A stretch of 63,203 nt of DNA, counting the filler, from Octopus bimaculoides (lineage: Eukaryota): assembly GCF_001194135.2 (NCBI RefSeq). It is 6 parts of 4 records of this genome, joined end to end, with 100 filler letters (N's around TTAATTAATTAA, not from the genome) between each part and the next. Parts side by side here need not be neighbours in the genome. Positions count along the whole stretch, not along the records: positions 1 to 29,216 come from NC_068988.1; 5 more parts are not named here. The stretch is one strand, 5' to 3'. Position numbers and translations under genes: made by a program. Shown here piece after piece: positions 1-14,047 of the stretch. Position 1 is the first letter of the stretch; the number at the start of each line of letters is the position of its first letter. The notes below the pieces were generated by a model. It was not told where the DNA came from and made no database searches. It saw only the letters and a list, made by a program, of their open reading frames with translations.

Positions 1-46
1 TATATATATATATGTATATATATACATATATATGCATATATATATG

Positions 47-77
<31 letters not shown>

Positions 78-864
78 TAATACATATGAAGACATGCTAT
101 CATAAACATTGACAGCTCATATTTACATAACCATACACACATACTCTTACCATTTCTTTCTTTCTTTCTTCCTACCTCTTCTCATTGACACACATCCTCT
201 CTTTCTTATACACAGATATGTTCACACTACTTTAACACACAAGTACAAAATATACACGCAGAGATATCCACAATTTGAGTCATTGTGTAATATAGATATA
301 TCCCATATCTTTGTGATTCGCCTGTCACCAAGTCCTATAAAGATCTCACAACAATGGCTCCTGATATGAGGAGATATACTTCTTGTTTTCATTACTGTCA
401 TGATGGGTGCCTTTTATGAAAAATTGATCATGGAGAAATAAACACTGAAACGCTTATTTCATTCCAATATATTTCTGACATTATAAAGACACTGGGGTTT
501 GAAAGTATGATGCAAGTTATGGACAAATTTTCCTTGTCTGAATATTTTTATGTCTACATCTGTTCTATGTCTGTTTAGATGGCATGTTATGCATGAATGC
601 TTTAACAGATTTTAAGTATTTGCATATGAATTGCTAGAAATGAAAAGGAAAATATATCTATATAACTCTCTATCCACACACACACACACACACAAAATAA
701 ATGAATGGATTTCTGAGAGTTGCAACAATTGTTTCATTAGGAGATTTTATTTTGATGTAACCATAAACCTAAATAATTATATTATCATGAAACAATTGTA
801 GCAACACTCAGAAATCCATTCATTTTGTCCATTTTGTTTTGTGTCTCTCTCTATATAGAGAGGC

Positions 865-903
<39 letters not shown>

Positions 904-1659
904 GCATACATACATATATATATATGTGTGTGTGTGTATGTATGTATGTATGTATATGTATATGTATNNNNNNNNNNNNNNNNNNNNNNNNNNNNNNNNN
1001 NNNNNNNNNNNNNNNNNNNNNNNNNNNNNNNNNNNNNNNNNNNNNNNNNNNNNNNNNNNNNNNNNNNNNNNNNNNNNNNNNNNNNNNNNNNNNNNNNNNN
1101 NNNNNNNNNNNNNNNNNNNNNNNNNNNNNNNNNNNNNNNNNNNNNNNNNNNNNNNNNNNNNNNNNNNNNNNNNNNNNNNNNNNNNNNNNNNNNNNNNNNN
1201 NNNNNNNNNNNNNNNNNNNNNNNNNNNNNNNNNNNNNNNNNNNNNNNNNNNNNNNNNNNNNNNNNNNNNNNNNNNNNNNNNNNNNNNNNNNNNNNNNNNN
1301 NNNNNNNNNNNNNNNNNNNNNNNNNNNNNNNNNNNNNNNNNNNNNNNNNNNNNNNNNNNNNNNNNNNNNNNNNNNNNNNNNNNNNNNNNNNNNNNNNNNN
1401 NNNNNNNNNNNNNNNNNNNNNNNNNNNNNNNNNNNNNNNNNNNNNNNNNNNNNNNNNNNNNNNNNNNNNNNNNNNNNNNNNNNNNNNNNNNNNNNNNNNN
1501 NNNNNNNNNNNNNNNNNNNNNNNNNNNNNNNNNNNNNNNNNNNNNNNNNNNNNNNNNNNNNNNNNNNNNNNNNNNNNNNNNNNNNNNNNNNNNNNNNNNN
1601 NNNNNNNNNNNNNNNNNNNNNNNNNNNNNNNNNNNNNNNNNNNNNNNNNNNNNNNNNNN

Positions 1660-1721
<62 letters not shown>

Positions 1722-2944
1722 GTATATATATACACATAAATCCCAGATATATTGGAACAGTAATTAGAGTTATATTCAGCTGATGTGCTCAGTGGCAATC
1801 ATTCAGTGACAGAGCAGTGCTATTGAATGCTGGTTATAATGATGCTACTGTTGCTGGTGTGTGAAAGATGATGGAATCCCTAGTTAGTATTGATGCATTT
1901 CTACCATGTCTTTCTGTTATCATGTACTATTATAGGCCTGTGTCCAAAATATGAAGATTCATGAATTTTCTTGGAGGAAAAATAAAGTCATAGCTATAGT
2001 TACCCATCGCCTTCTGCTAGTTTATTCTTCTAGTTATCTGTTCTATCAAGCTTACACTTGATCATAAGGTAAGGGTTCACATGACATTTACAGAAGTACA
2101 CACACCTGTAAGCCTGTGATACAAATCAAAGGACCAGCCCTCCTCTGAATCCTGTATGCTTTTGCCACAATTCCAGTTTGGCTGACAAATTTGAATCACA
2201 CCTTTTTTCTTCCCTCCTACTTATCCTCTCAGTTTGGCTGCTATTCACTTTCTATACCACATGTATTATGGTTGCCTTTTCACCCATTCATCGTAGTTAT
2301 TTACTATCTGTAGATTTAACTGCTACTTCATTATAACTATTGCTTCTCCTTTGAGGATTTTACCTGTTCCTTACACCCTTTGGATATGCTATGCCAACTC
2401 TCCAGACCTTTTATTCTGTTGTGGAATTTGTACCAATTTCTTTGACCTTTCTTCTTTCTATTCTTCTCTTCACTTAATTCATTTGTTTTTCTTTTCTTTC
2501 CAAATTTTAGGTTAAACCTTCCCTCTTTGTTAAAATGCCTTTTATACCCCTATGTACTTATCTTATATGCTTGCAGACACACCAGTAACAACTTCCACAT
2601 TATTCTTATTATTCCACATGCAACATCAATATATTCATTCCCTCATAGTCACACCTGCTCTTACATCCTTACATACACTTGCACACTGCTTGTCTAATGA
2701 TTGCACACAAACCAGTATTCTATATTTTTACTAACCAATACTACTATACTTCCACTTTTGCACACTTCTATGCACAAACATATTACACTAACACACTTCT
2801 GTCATGCCCATTTCCAGTCGCAGGTTCTCTTGAGAGGTTTCCCATTCCCCTCACTCCTGCCCCTTTTAGTTACCTCTTACACCACACAGAGAATAAGGTG
2901 ACTGCATTCTACCGAACCCCACTCTCAGTTGCAGTGGGGTCTGC

Positions 2945-3085
2945 TTGTTAACCCATAGCTGGGACCCTTACAGGTACTACCACTCCAGGCCAGAGAAGAC
3001 CTGGGAACAATAGTGGCTAAGAGGTAGTTCCACACTCCTGAAACCCTTAAATCAGAGCCCCAGGGTCCCACTATCTGATGTAGTT
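2945..3085. repeat. Interspersed repeat fragment truncating the Helitron
   Basis: gggacccttacaggtactaccactccaggccagagaagacctgggaac... recognised as a common octopus short interspersed repeat; Helitron homology stops here. Confidence 0.4.
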
Positions 3086-4602
3086 TGCATGAATCCTGGC
3101 TCAGTTAAATCTCTTGTGGCTCCAAATTGTGTCATCTGTAGTGCAGCGTTGCATTGTCTAATTTTGTTTTGGAAATGCTTGGAATCTTAGTCAGTTGATG
3201 ACAACAATTTCTTCAATGGCTCTGGAGGTTGTGGGATTGCAGGGAGTTTAATCTTTCCACCATTGCAGATGTCTCTCCAGGCCACTTCCTTGCTTTACAA
3301 TGTTTGCACTCAGTCGTCATTGCAATAATGGAAACTTTAGTGTCATCTGCATAATGAACTGCTGGATCAGAATTGAAAGCTGCTTCATAGAAGTTGTTTC
3401 TTTGAGCTGTTGCAACTGCTCTTCATTCAGCAGTGGAGATCCTGTTCCTTGTCAGCTGTGCATGTCTCAGTTCATCACTTTGAGGTGCTCTGGCTTTTGA
3501 AGTGCACAAGCTGTTCGTTTCTTGGTATGCTTCCCTTTCTGCAGCTTTCTCTCTTTCCCTGGACAGAGACATTCTTTTGGCTAACCTTGACGTTGTAGAC
3601 AAATTTGACACTTTCCTTCTAGGCATGGTTATATACATATAGAGAAATACACAGGTGCAGAAGATCGTAAATAATGAAAATAACTGGGTAACGGAGATTA
3701 TATTTCTTAAGACGATGGGCAGAAAGTAAATTAACTAAGTGTACGGATTTAGGTGAAATTTGGAAGTTAATTTTGTCAGCGATTCTGTCAAGAATAAAAA
3801 AAAAACACAAAACGCTGCAAAAGTAAATAAGAAATTTGATGGCAAATTTAACAAAGTGTACCGATTGAAGTAAAATTTATGACATTACTTCTGTCAGTAA
3901 ATTATGTATGAAATTACCTTCATCAGTAATTGTGAACTTCGTCCTGTTAGTAATTTGTCATTGTTGTTAGTAAATAGCGATTGAAAACTAACAGTGAAAA
4001 CAATAGGGATTGAAATTAAAGTGAAAACAATAGCATCTGAAAAATGAAAGTGAAAGCAATAGAGAGTGAGTGAGTGAGATATATATAGAGAGGGAGAGAG
4101 CTAACTTCTTAGACAATAAGATAGATATAGATAGATAGATAAATAAGATATAGACAGATACAGAAAGATGGATGGATATAGAGATAGAGATGGATAAAGG
4201 GATATAGATAAAGAGATATAGAGAGATAGAGATAGATAGAGATGGATAGAGAGATATAGACATCACTGACGCTAGAAAACCGGAAGTAAATATTTTTAAA
4301 AGCATTCATAGACGTGAACCTAATATAAAATGTAATATTTTTTGATGACCAATGAATGTAGGGGAGACAATAAATTTTTGAAAGTTAGCTCGCAAAGTGT
4401 TATCTCCCTTATCCGCGTAACCCAGAAACGGGAGTTGTCTGCCCCCGAGGGGCCCGTTACTCATTGTGTGAAACATTTTAAGAGTATAAAACCATCCCTG
4501 GAACATAAGTAATGTATGTTCCCAGTTTGGAGAAAATCATTTGAGAAATACTGCCACTATAATCTTTCACACATACACAGAGCATGGGATTTATATTATA
4601 GA
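3080..4602 (-). mobile_element. Helitron, 5' portion (degenerate Rep N-terminal region)
   Basis: Minus strand begins A|TCTATAATATAAA at 4602 (Helitron 5' TC end after A). From ~3626 it reads MPRRKVSNLSTTSRLAKRM, then with frameshifts NFYEAAFNSDPAVHYADDTKVSIIAMTTECKHCKARKWPGET / CNGGKIKLPAIPQPPEPLKKLL..DSKHFQNKIRQCNAALQMTQFGATRDLTEPGFMQT, typical Helitron N-terminal motifs. One in-frame stop; no 3' CTRR end seen. Confidence 0.8.
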
Positions 4603-4691
4603 TTCACACATTTATATAATTACTGTACCCCTTTCACTTTTTGTGTAATTCTTCAAGTCTTGCCAATGCAGAGCTCCTAGATTATTGCTTG

Positions 4692-4768
<77 letters not shown>

Positions 4769-5883
4769 CATACATATATATACACACACATATATATATG
4801 TACATATATATATGTATAAATATACCTATATGTGTATGTATATGAGTTTAAATGTTATATATTCATGTGTGTATTTGTGTTTGTGTGTGTGCATGTGTGT
4901 GCATATATGTGTTTCTGTTACATTGCTTTGAAACAGTTGGGGATCTGATTACAGAAATCGAAGGCAGCTGTAGAAATTCTGCCTCAATGAGTCCCTTCTG
5001 ACCACTGCATTGATGGACGTGCAGACATCAAAATAATGACATTAAAACGATGATGATGATGACATGAGGACGATAATCATCGTCATCGTCATCATCGTCA
5101 TCACGATCGGTGTCATCGTCGTCGTCGTCGTTATCATCATCATCATCGTCATCAGTTTTCTCAATCAAGTGTTAAATAACAATAAATACAACAAGTAGAG
5201 AAACAGGTATGATTGACAATTTTACCTAGATCACAGATTAAATTTTCTCCAACCTTTGTAACCTTATACTATATTACAATCTCGCTTATATTATGTTACA
5301 AGCCAAGAATTTTGAGAGATAGTATTCAAGAAAATGGCTAGTATTATTGTGGTTGTTGTTGTTTAGAAATATCTTTAAATGTATTAATATGTGATTTGTA
5401 AAGAAATGTGTTTAGTTTAAAGGAGAAATGTCAAAATGCCTGTTGTAAGGTCAACTACAGACTGATTACTACATCCTAATCAATCATATACCACACTGAT
5501 TTTGAATTACCTCAACTTTTAAATTCTGATCATCTATATACATCCTTTTATAATGCTTGATCTGCTTTGTGCATCAAAATCCCTCAAGTGGAATCAAAGG
5601 CACTGTCTAATAATAATGATTTCTAACACTGGCTTCAAAGGCCATAAATTTGTAATGTAGAAGGATTGTAGTCAATTAAATTCACCCCCTGAACATGCTT
5701 ACTAGTTATGGAAAGATGAAAGACAAAGATAATTCCAATGGGATTTGAACCCAGAACTCATAAGAATGAAACTAAATACTGTAAATCATTTAGTTTTCAG
5801 TTCTGTCATTTCTGTCACTCCATTGCCTTAGTGACATATTATGAGTGATTCGATTCTAAATATATACCTTCAATATCTATATC

Positions 5884-5931
<48 letters not shown>

Positions 5932-7087
5932 CACACATACACACACACACAGATATATATAAATACACACACACACACATATATATANNNNNNNNNNNNN
6001 NNNNNNNNNNNNNNNNNNNNNNNNNNNNNNNNNNNNNNNNNNNNNNNNNNNNNNNNNNNNNNNNNNNNNNNNNNNNNNNNNNNNNNNNNNNNNNNNNNNN
6101 NNNNNNNNNNNNNNNNNNNNNNNNNNNNNNNNNNNNNNNNNNNNNNNNAGAAGGATTGTAGTCAATTAAATTCACCCCCTGAACATGCTTACTAGTTATG
6201 GAAAGATGAAAGACAAAGATAATTCCAATGGGATTTGAACCCAGAACTCATAAGAATGAAACTAAATACTGTAAATCATTTAGTTTTCAGTTCTGTCATT
6301 TCTGTCACTCCATTGCCTTAGTGACATATTATGAGTGATTCGATTCTAAATATATACCTTCAATATCTATATCGATACATACATACATATATATATATAT
6401 GTATGTATGTATATTGAATATATCTTGTGAAGGTATTGAGATAATCAGTAATATGGTTTATGCATGTAGAAATTTAGTCTTCTCTTACAACCAACTGTGA
6501 CTGACTGCAATATTTACATAGTTCAATGCAGTTTAACTTGTGTTATGTAACAGAAACCTGTGATTGAAAGAACAATGAACATCTCGTAATCCAGGCAAAT
6601 TAGCACTAGAAAGGAAACAAGAATCGAAGAGAAACAGGCATTATCCCAGCTAAACATTGTTTTATCAATGAATCTCTCTTCAGAGATGAAACAATTGTAA
6701 AACTTTGGTTAATAGAAGAACCAGATTACAGTATTCAGACAGCAATCACAGTAAATATTTACTTCCATAGACCTTTTGTTTGAATAGTCTTATACAGTTT
6801 TCTGTTCGCTTCTGTCCCAAACATCTCTGTTGTCTTCAGTTTTTTTTCCATTTCCCTGTCGTCTGCTTTTATCCATTAGTTAGTTTTCAATCTTTTCCCC
6901 ACCTCCTAACTTTTCCCTTCCTTTCTTTCATTTCTCTTGCCATTTGTATTGTCCACTTCTCTATGTCCACTGTAATTTCTCCAATATGTTGTCCATTTTC
7001 TCAGTTCACTTCTTTCTTTATTCATATTATATGAAACTTCCATTCCACTGTCTCCGTCTTCTCCTGCCATCCTATCATCAACGTATT

Positions 7088-7118
<31 letters not shown>

Positions 7119-7774
7119 CACATTACATTCTCAGCATTCTTTTTTGATAATGTCTCTCTTTTCTATTTCATCATCATTTACTTCTTTCATTTAATTGTCT
7201 TTTGTTTCATCTATTTACTTTCTTCCTATCTCTTTTCACCTCTATAACAGAAATTTTACCTCTTTGAAATTTTACCAACAATAAAGCAAACATCACGACC
7301 ATGTCATGATTTCTTTATGCTTTTGTCTACTAATATTACTAACACATATGTAAACACACAAGTAAAACACTTTTCTAAAGATAAAGAATATAAATAGCAG
7401 GAGCAAAAACGATACCACACTAATTAACATGCGTTAATTTATAGACAAACAATAGAAAAATCTTTACACAATCTATAAAGAAGATCCAAAAAGGTGGCAA
7501 AGTACAGAAAGGAGACAGGAACTGAATTTTCCTGATTAGAAGTGTGCTGAATCAAAGTGATTTCATCTTAAATTGTTTATTTTATACTGACAAAAAAACA
7601 AAAAACAAAAAAAACTGCTGTCTTTATTAATCTCTTTGCATATAAATATGAGTAAGTGTGTGAGTATATAAAACTGTGTATGTGTGTGTATTTCTCTATA
7701 AATGTATGTATGCATGTTCGAATGCATGCTTATATTTTTGTGTCCATCTGATATATAAATACATATACATGATC

Positions 7775-7820
<46 letters not shown>

Positions 7821-8454
7821 GTATNNNNNNNNNNNNNNNNNNNNNNNNNNNNNNNNNNNNNNNNNNNNNNNNNNNNNNNNNNNNNNNNNNNNNNNNNNNN
7901 NNNNNNNNNNNNNNNNNNNNNNNNNNNNNNNNNNNNNNNNNNNNNNNNNNNNNNNNNNNNNNNNNNNNNNNNNNNNNNNNNNNNNNNNNNNNNNNNNNNN
8001 NNNNNNNNNNNNNNNNNNNNNNNNNNNNNNNNNNNNNNNNNNNNNNNNNNNNNNNNNNNNNNNNNNNNNNNNNNNNNNNNNNNNNNNNNNNNNNNNNNNN
8101 NNNNNNNNNNNNNNNNNNNNNNNNNNNNNNNNNNNNNNNNNNNNNNNNNNNNNNNNNNNNNNNNNNNNNNNNNNNNNNNNNNNNNNNNNNNNNNNNNNNN
8201 NNNNNNNNNNNNNNNNNNNNNNNNNNNNNNNNNNNNNNNNNNNNNNNNNNNNNNNNNNNNNNNNNNNNNNNNNNNNNNNNNNNNNNNNNNNNNNNNNNNN
8301 NNNNNNNNNNNNNNNNNNNNNNNNNNNNNNNNNNNNNNNNNNNNNNNNNNNNNNNNNNNNNNNNNNNNNNNNNNNNNNNNNNNNNNNNNNNNNNNNNNNN
8401 NNNNNNNNNNNNNNNNNNNNNNNTGTGTGTGTGTGTGTGTGTGTGTGTATAAGT

Positions 8455-8869
8455 ATTCTTTTATTCTCATGTTTGTTTCAGCCATTTGACTGCAGCCATG
8501 CTGGAGCACCAGCTTTTAGCTGAACAAATCAGCCCCAGGACTTATTCTTTGTAAGCCTAGTACTTATTCCATCAGTCTCTTTTGCCGAACCACTAAGTTA
8601 CAGGTATGTAAACACATCAACATTGGTTGTCAAGTAATAATGGTGGGGGGCATGCACAGACACACAAACATATACATACAAACACACACACACACACACA
8701 TATATATGATGGGCTTCTTTCAGTTTCCTTCAACCAAATCCACTCACAAGGCTTTAGTCAGCCCGAGGCTATAGTAGAAAACACTTGCCCAAAGTGCCAC
8801 ACAGTGGGACTGAACCCAGAACCATGTGGTTGGTAAGCAAGATACTTGCCACACAGCTACTCCTGCACC
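8455..8869 (-). mobile_element. SINE family B copy
   Basis: Tail, body and tRNA head all visible on the minus strand. Confidence 0.85.
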
Positions 8870-8913
8870 TATATATATATGTGTGTGTGTGTGTGTGTAT
8901 GTATGTATATGTA

Positions 8914-8944
<31 letters not shown>

Positions 8945-9062
8945 GTATATATATGTATATGTATATGTATATATGTGTATGTGTGTATATATGTATATAT
9001 ATATATGTAGAGAGAGAGAGAGGGAGAGAGAAAGATTGAGAGAGAGAGAGAGAGAGAGAAAG

Positions 9063-9130
<68 letters not shown>

Positions 9131-10415
9131 GCTTATGTTAATGATGCAAATATCAAGGAGTTGCTCACTCACACTATAATACAATGTGTAAGTACATCCA
9201 TTATTTGAATAACTGGAATCCTCATTTGTCAAACCAAAGTGCGATCTGTCCATGTGTGTGCATGCATGCATGCATGTTGTGTATATGTGTGTATGAATGT
9301 ATGTGTGTGCTTGTGTATGTCTGTCTGTCACTGTTTGCGTGTATATGCTCGGAACTATGCGGATGACCATCCATTGGTTTCAAAGATGAGGATTCGGTTG
9401 TTTGATCAACTGAATTATCAGCTCATTGAATTATTATGTAAGTGGCTGAGCATTCCAGAAACACATGTGTGCTTAAAATAATTCTCAGGCAAAATCAGTG
9501 TGAGACAGCTTATGTCGAGGCTGTACCTTCGATTTACAGGTAAATGCCATCCCTGAGCTCCTCCATAATTTCATTCTATTCAATATCATACTTGCAAATT
9601 ATGGGTCAAACAGAAGATATCAAGAATGACGTTTGTCTAAAATACTACACAGTGTGACTGCATGCAGGATTTCCTTACATGTATACAAACATGCAGATAT
9701 ATACATGTGTATGAATACTCATGCATACTTTTATATATATTCTTTATTCTTTTATTTGCTTCAGTCATTTGACTGCGACCATGCTTGAGCACCACCTTTA
9801 GTCGAGCAAATCAACCCCAGGACTTATTCTTTGTAAGCCTAGTACTTATTCTATCAGTGTCTATTGCCGAACTGCTAAGTGACGGTGACGTAAACACACC
9901 AGCATCGGTTGTCAAGCTATGTTGGAAGGACAAATACAGACACACAAACATATACATATATATAATAATAATAATAATAATAATATTTTATATATACATA
10001 TATATATATATANNNNNNNNNNNNNNNNNNNNNNNNNNNNNNNNNNNNNNNNNNNNNNNNNNNNNNNNNNNNNNNNNNNNNNNNNNNNNNNNNNNNNNNN
10101 NNNNNNNNNNNNNNNNNNNNNNNNNNNNNNNNNNNNNNNNNNNNNNNNNNNNNNNNNNNNNNNNNNNNNNNNNNNNNNNNNNNNNNNNNNNNNNNNNNNN
10201 NNNNNNNNNNNNNNNNNNNNNNNNNNNNNNNNNNNNNNNNNNNNNNNNNNNNNNNNNNNNNNNNNNNNNNNNNNNNNNNNNNNNNNNNNNNNNNNNNNNN
10301 NNNNNNNNNNNNNNNNNNNNNNNNNNNNNNNNNNNNNNNNNNNNNNNNNNNNNNNNNNNNNNNNNNNNNNNNNNNNNNNNNNNNNNNNNNNNNNNGGGGG
10401 GGGGGGGTTGACTGA

Positions 10416-11790
10416 GGTCTGAAGAGCCAGCAGCTGCACTAGGCTCCAATCTGACCTGGTAAAGCTAGCTACTCCAAGAGTGTAGTGGCTGCTTTTCCTG
10501 TGTCACCGGCTTCATTCACTGGTTTCATTCACTGTATTTGCTTCATGCTGAAAAGTTACTGGCTTTGGGCTAAAGAAGATACAGGAGCATCAGTTAATTA
10601 TTATTTTAGACAACATATTCTTCTCTCAGATTCACACACTTATTGCAGTGATACTTCAGTTTTTCTAAGCCCTCTAAAAGAACTTAGAAGTTTGGGCCTC
10701 CTACCAGGCCTCTCATGTCACTCTTAAAGCCAGAAATATTATTTCAGCACTCCTCACGTAGCTACCTTCCTCCATATGTGTCCTATGACAGCACAGTTCA
10801 TTTGATTCCTCTTATTGTATCTATTTTTTTTCAAGGGAGCATTTCATTTATGTGAAGGAGTTTATTTCACGTGTATCCTTACTACAAACTCTTCCTGTAC
10901 ATCTGCCACGTAGTCAACCTCCACTCTGTTTATGATCCTACCAGACCTCTTTGATACTCCATAGTTTATGCTGGGTACAATACAGCATCTTGACATACTC
11001 CTTTTCTAGATATCAAGTAAAACTTATTCTCTGATTTTAGCAAGAACTCATCATTCTTCATTTTTGAAACTTTGGTATTTACTAAGTTTATTTTAAGGCT
11101 TCTTCATTCTGTTTTGTTACCATTAAGTTTCTTCTGTAAATCTGCAATGGCTATTAGAACTAGGTCATCAACATAACGTCCAGTCCCTGTAATAAGTCTT
11201 CTTGGGTTAGACTTTCTTCTTCTTTCTTTAGCAACATCTAGTTATAATACTTTCTTGACATTTTTCAGCATTTGCAAAGGCAAGGGGACTATTATAATTT
11301 TGAACATGTCTCCCAAATCACTCAGTCCTCTGTAGCAATCCAAAACATCACATTCTTTTGATCCTCATTCTGCAGGATATTGGCAAACTTTTTCCTGTTT
11401 TGCATTTCCTCTTGCTAAGTGCATCTGATATTTAGCATCTCTTCTAGTTACTTCATATTGTTCTCTGCAGCCTTCATTCTTTTATTCTTTCCAGGCCTTG
11501 ATGGTTGTGTCTACAGAACTATTCCACCACCATGTCTATCTTTCATCTGGTGGAAGCTTGCCCCAACCAACAGACTTTACCCCCAGCAAGTTTTCTTATA
11601 GAAACTTTTACTTTTCTCTTCATGTTGTAAGTTTCCATCTTCTCTTACCTGTCAAATGCTTCAAGTAGTACTTCCCTGAATTTACTGCTGTTCATTGGCT
11701 TTAGCATTTTCCATGCCATCTTCCTCCAGACTGAGATAACTCAAGAGCTTCAGACTTGATTGCACAAGTTTCTATAAATTCTAAAAACTG
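10416..11790 (-). mobile_element. Degenerate RTE-type LINE (RT remnant, internal deletions, 3' UTR)
   Basis: Minus-strand remnants: TWWWNSSVD..IKAWKRIKNEGCREQYEVTRRDAK (~11450-11540); RYVDDLVLIAIADLQKKLN..LKINLVNTKV (RT YxDD, ~11070-11190); RKGV..CTQHKLW (~10960-11020); HMEEGSYVR (~10760). Many stops and frameshifts. The 3' UTR matches tail fragments elsewhere in the window. Confidence 0.7.
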
Positions 11791-13871
11791 ACAAGTCTAA
11801 TTGGGAATGAATTCCTGTTTGTACAGCAGCCAGTGATTTTTGGTGATGATAATAAAAACAGAGGGAAACATTACACTTTAGAATAGAATGGTATGAATTA
11901 ACACACACCTACACACAAACTAACATATATACATATATGTGTGTGTGTGAATGTAAGTGTGTGTGTGTGTGTGTGTATCACCATCGTCGTTTAATGCACA
12001 TCATCTATACTGGCATAAATTCAATAAGCCGGAGGACTGCATCAAGCTCCAATGTTTTCTTTAGCATGGTTTCTACAGCTAGGTACCCTTCCTAGTACCA
12101 GCCCCTGCATAGAGTAGACTAGGTGCTTTTTCATGATACAGGTGCTCATGAGGTCATTTAGTAACTTGCAAGACAAAGAAAAGGATCCCTCAACTGAATG
12201 GGCTTGTAGCAGATAGACAGGTGACTTTATTAAGTGGCTAAAATATGATAGGATAGGTAAAGGTGATATGCTACGGAGGAGATACATAGGAGTGGATGAG
12301 AGAAGCTGGAAAGAAGGCAAAGATGGCAGTAATGAAGTGGTTGTGCACTGCCAAGATACATGAAGAAGTGTATAAGATAATACGGACAGAGAATCAAGAA
12401 AATGAGAGTCTAAGGAGAGCACAAAGTTGTGAGTTCAATTCCCAGCAGTGCGTTGTGTCCTTGACCAAGACATTTTATTTCATGTTGCTCCAGCTCATTC
12501 AGCTGGCTAAAATGAGTAGTACCTGTATTTAAAATGGCCAGCCTTGTCACGCTCTGTGTCATGCTGAATCTCCCTGAGAGCTATGTTAAGGATACACATG
12601 TCTGTGGAGTGCTCAGCCACTTGCATGTTAATTTTATGAACAGGCTGTTCACTTGACCCGATCAACTAGAACCCTTGTCATCGTAACTGACAGAGTGTCA
12701 GGGCCATCCAGGACCATGTTGTCCAATGTATCCATCTGCTTTCAATGCAGTAGATTGTGATTCAAGGGAGATTTCACTGTTATTTCAAGTATTTTGAACC
12801 ACCACAGAGGAGTTCTTTCTTTATTGCCCACAGGGGGATAAACATAGAAGGGACAAACAAGGACAGACAAAAAGATTAAGTCAGTTACATCGACCCCAGT
12901 GCATAACTGACACTTATTTAATCAACAACGAAAGGATGAAAGGCAAAGGTCGACCTCAGCAGAATTTGAACTCAGATCATAACGGCAGATGAAATACCAC
13001 TAAACATTTTGCCCAATGTGCTAATGATTCTGCCACCACATAGGATTGCCTCCCTCATTTATTTACCAATGACTGCCAACACTTTAGTTCACAAGTTATA
13101 TGAAATGGCTATCTGTAAATAATGGCTGCATACATCAACATCTACAAGTTGAGACATGATTCAGCTGAAGAGAACTTTCACTGAAATAAACATCATATGG
13201 ACCGTAACAGATATTGTCAGTGCATCACTGTCCAAATTTCTTAATCATAGAGTGTATGTGTGTATGTGTGCATGTGTGCGAGTGATGAGGATGATTTAGT
13301 TGTATGTGTGTGCAGTCATGATTTATTTGTATGTATCTGCAAATGCATATGTTTGTATTTGTGTGAGTTTTCAACATCATGTACAAACATAGATGTGCAA
13401 AATGCTAAATTGTTTTGTATATGTTAACATGAATAGCAACATAAGCACACACATACACATGAATATATTAGCATAGACTTAGCTAAAGAAAAATGGACAG
13501 ACAGACAGACAGTAGGTATGTATGTATATATGTATGCATCTATATGTATATCTATGTGTGTCTGTATGTACATCTTTATATATCTTACGCATGCTATAAG
13601 TCATGTCAGTACATATAGATGATCAAGTGTTTGCGCATAGGGGTAGATGTATGTGCTTGCTTGTGTATTGTACAGACAATTTTACTGTTGTAGCATTCTT
13701 TGATTAAGGAAAGCATGTAAATGTATATGCATTCATGCAAAAAATATGCGTGTATATTTACGTGTGTCAATATATAGATATATAGATATGATCACTCATA
13801 CAAAGAAACATATGTATATTATATTTAGTCACACCATCAGGCACTCAAATATATACATCGCGGAATAGTAC

Positions 13872-13951
<80 letters not shown>

Positions 13952-13976
13952 ATATATACATATACATATATATGTA

Positions 13977-14007
<31 letters not shown>

Positions 14008-14008
14008 A

Positions 14009-14047
<39 letters not shown>

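Noticed and set aside
5670-6400. Tandem duplications flanking gaps (5670-5910/6149-6400; 21361-21564/21594-21787; 34925-35056/35067-35200; 59564-59731/59742-59875)
   Set aside because: Near-identical copies on either side of short N gaps; typical unmerged contig or haplotype overlaps.
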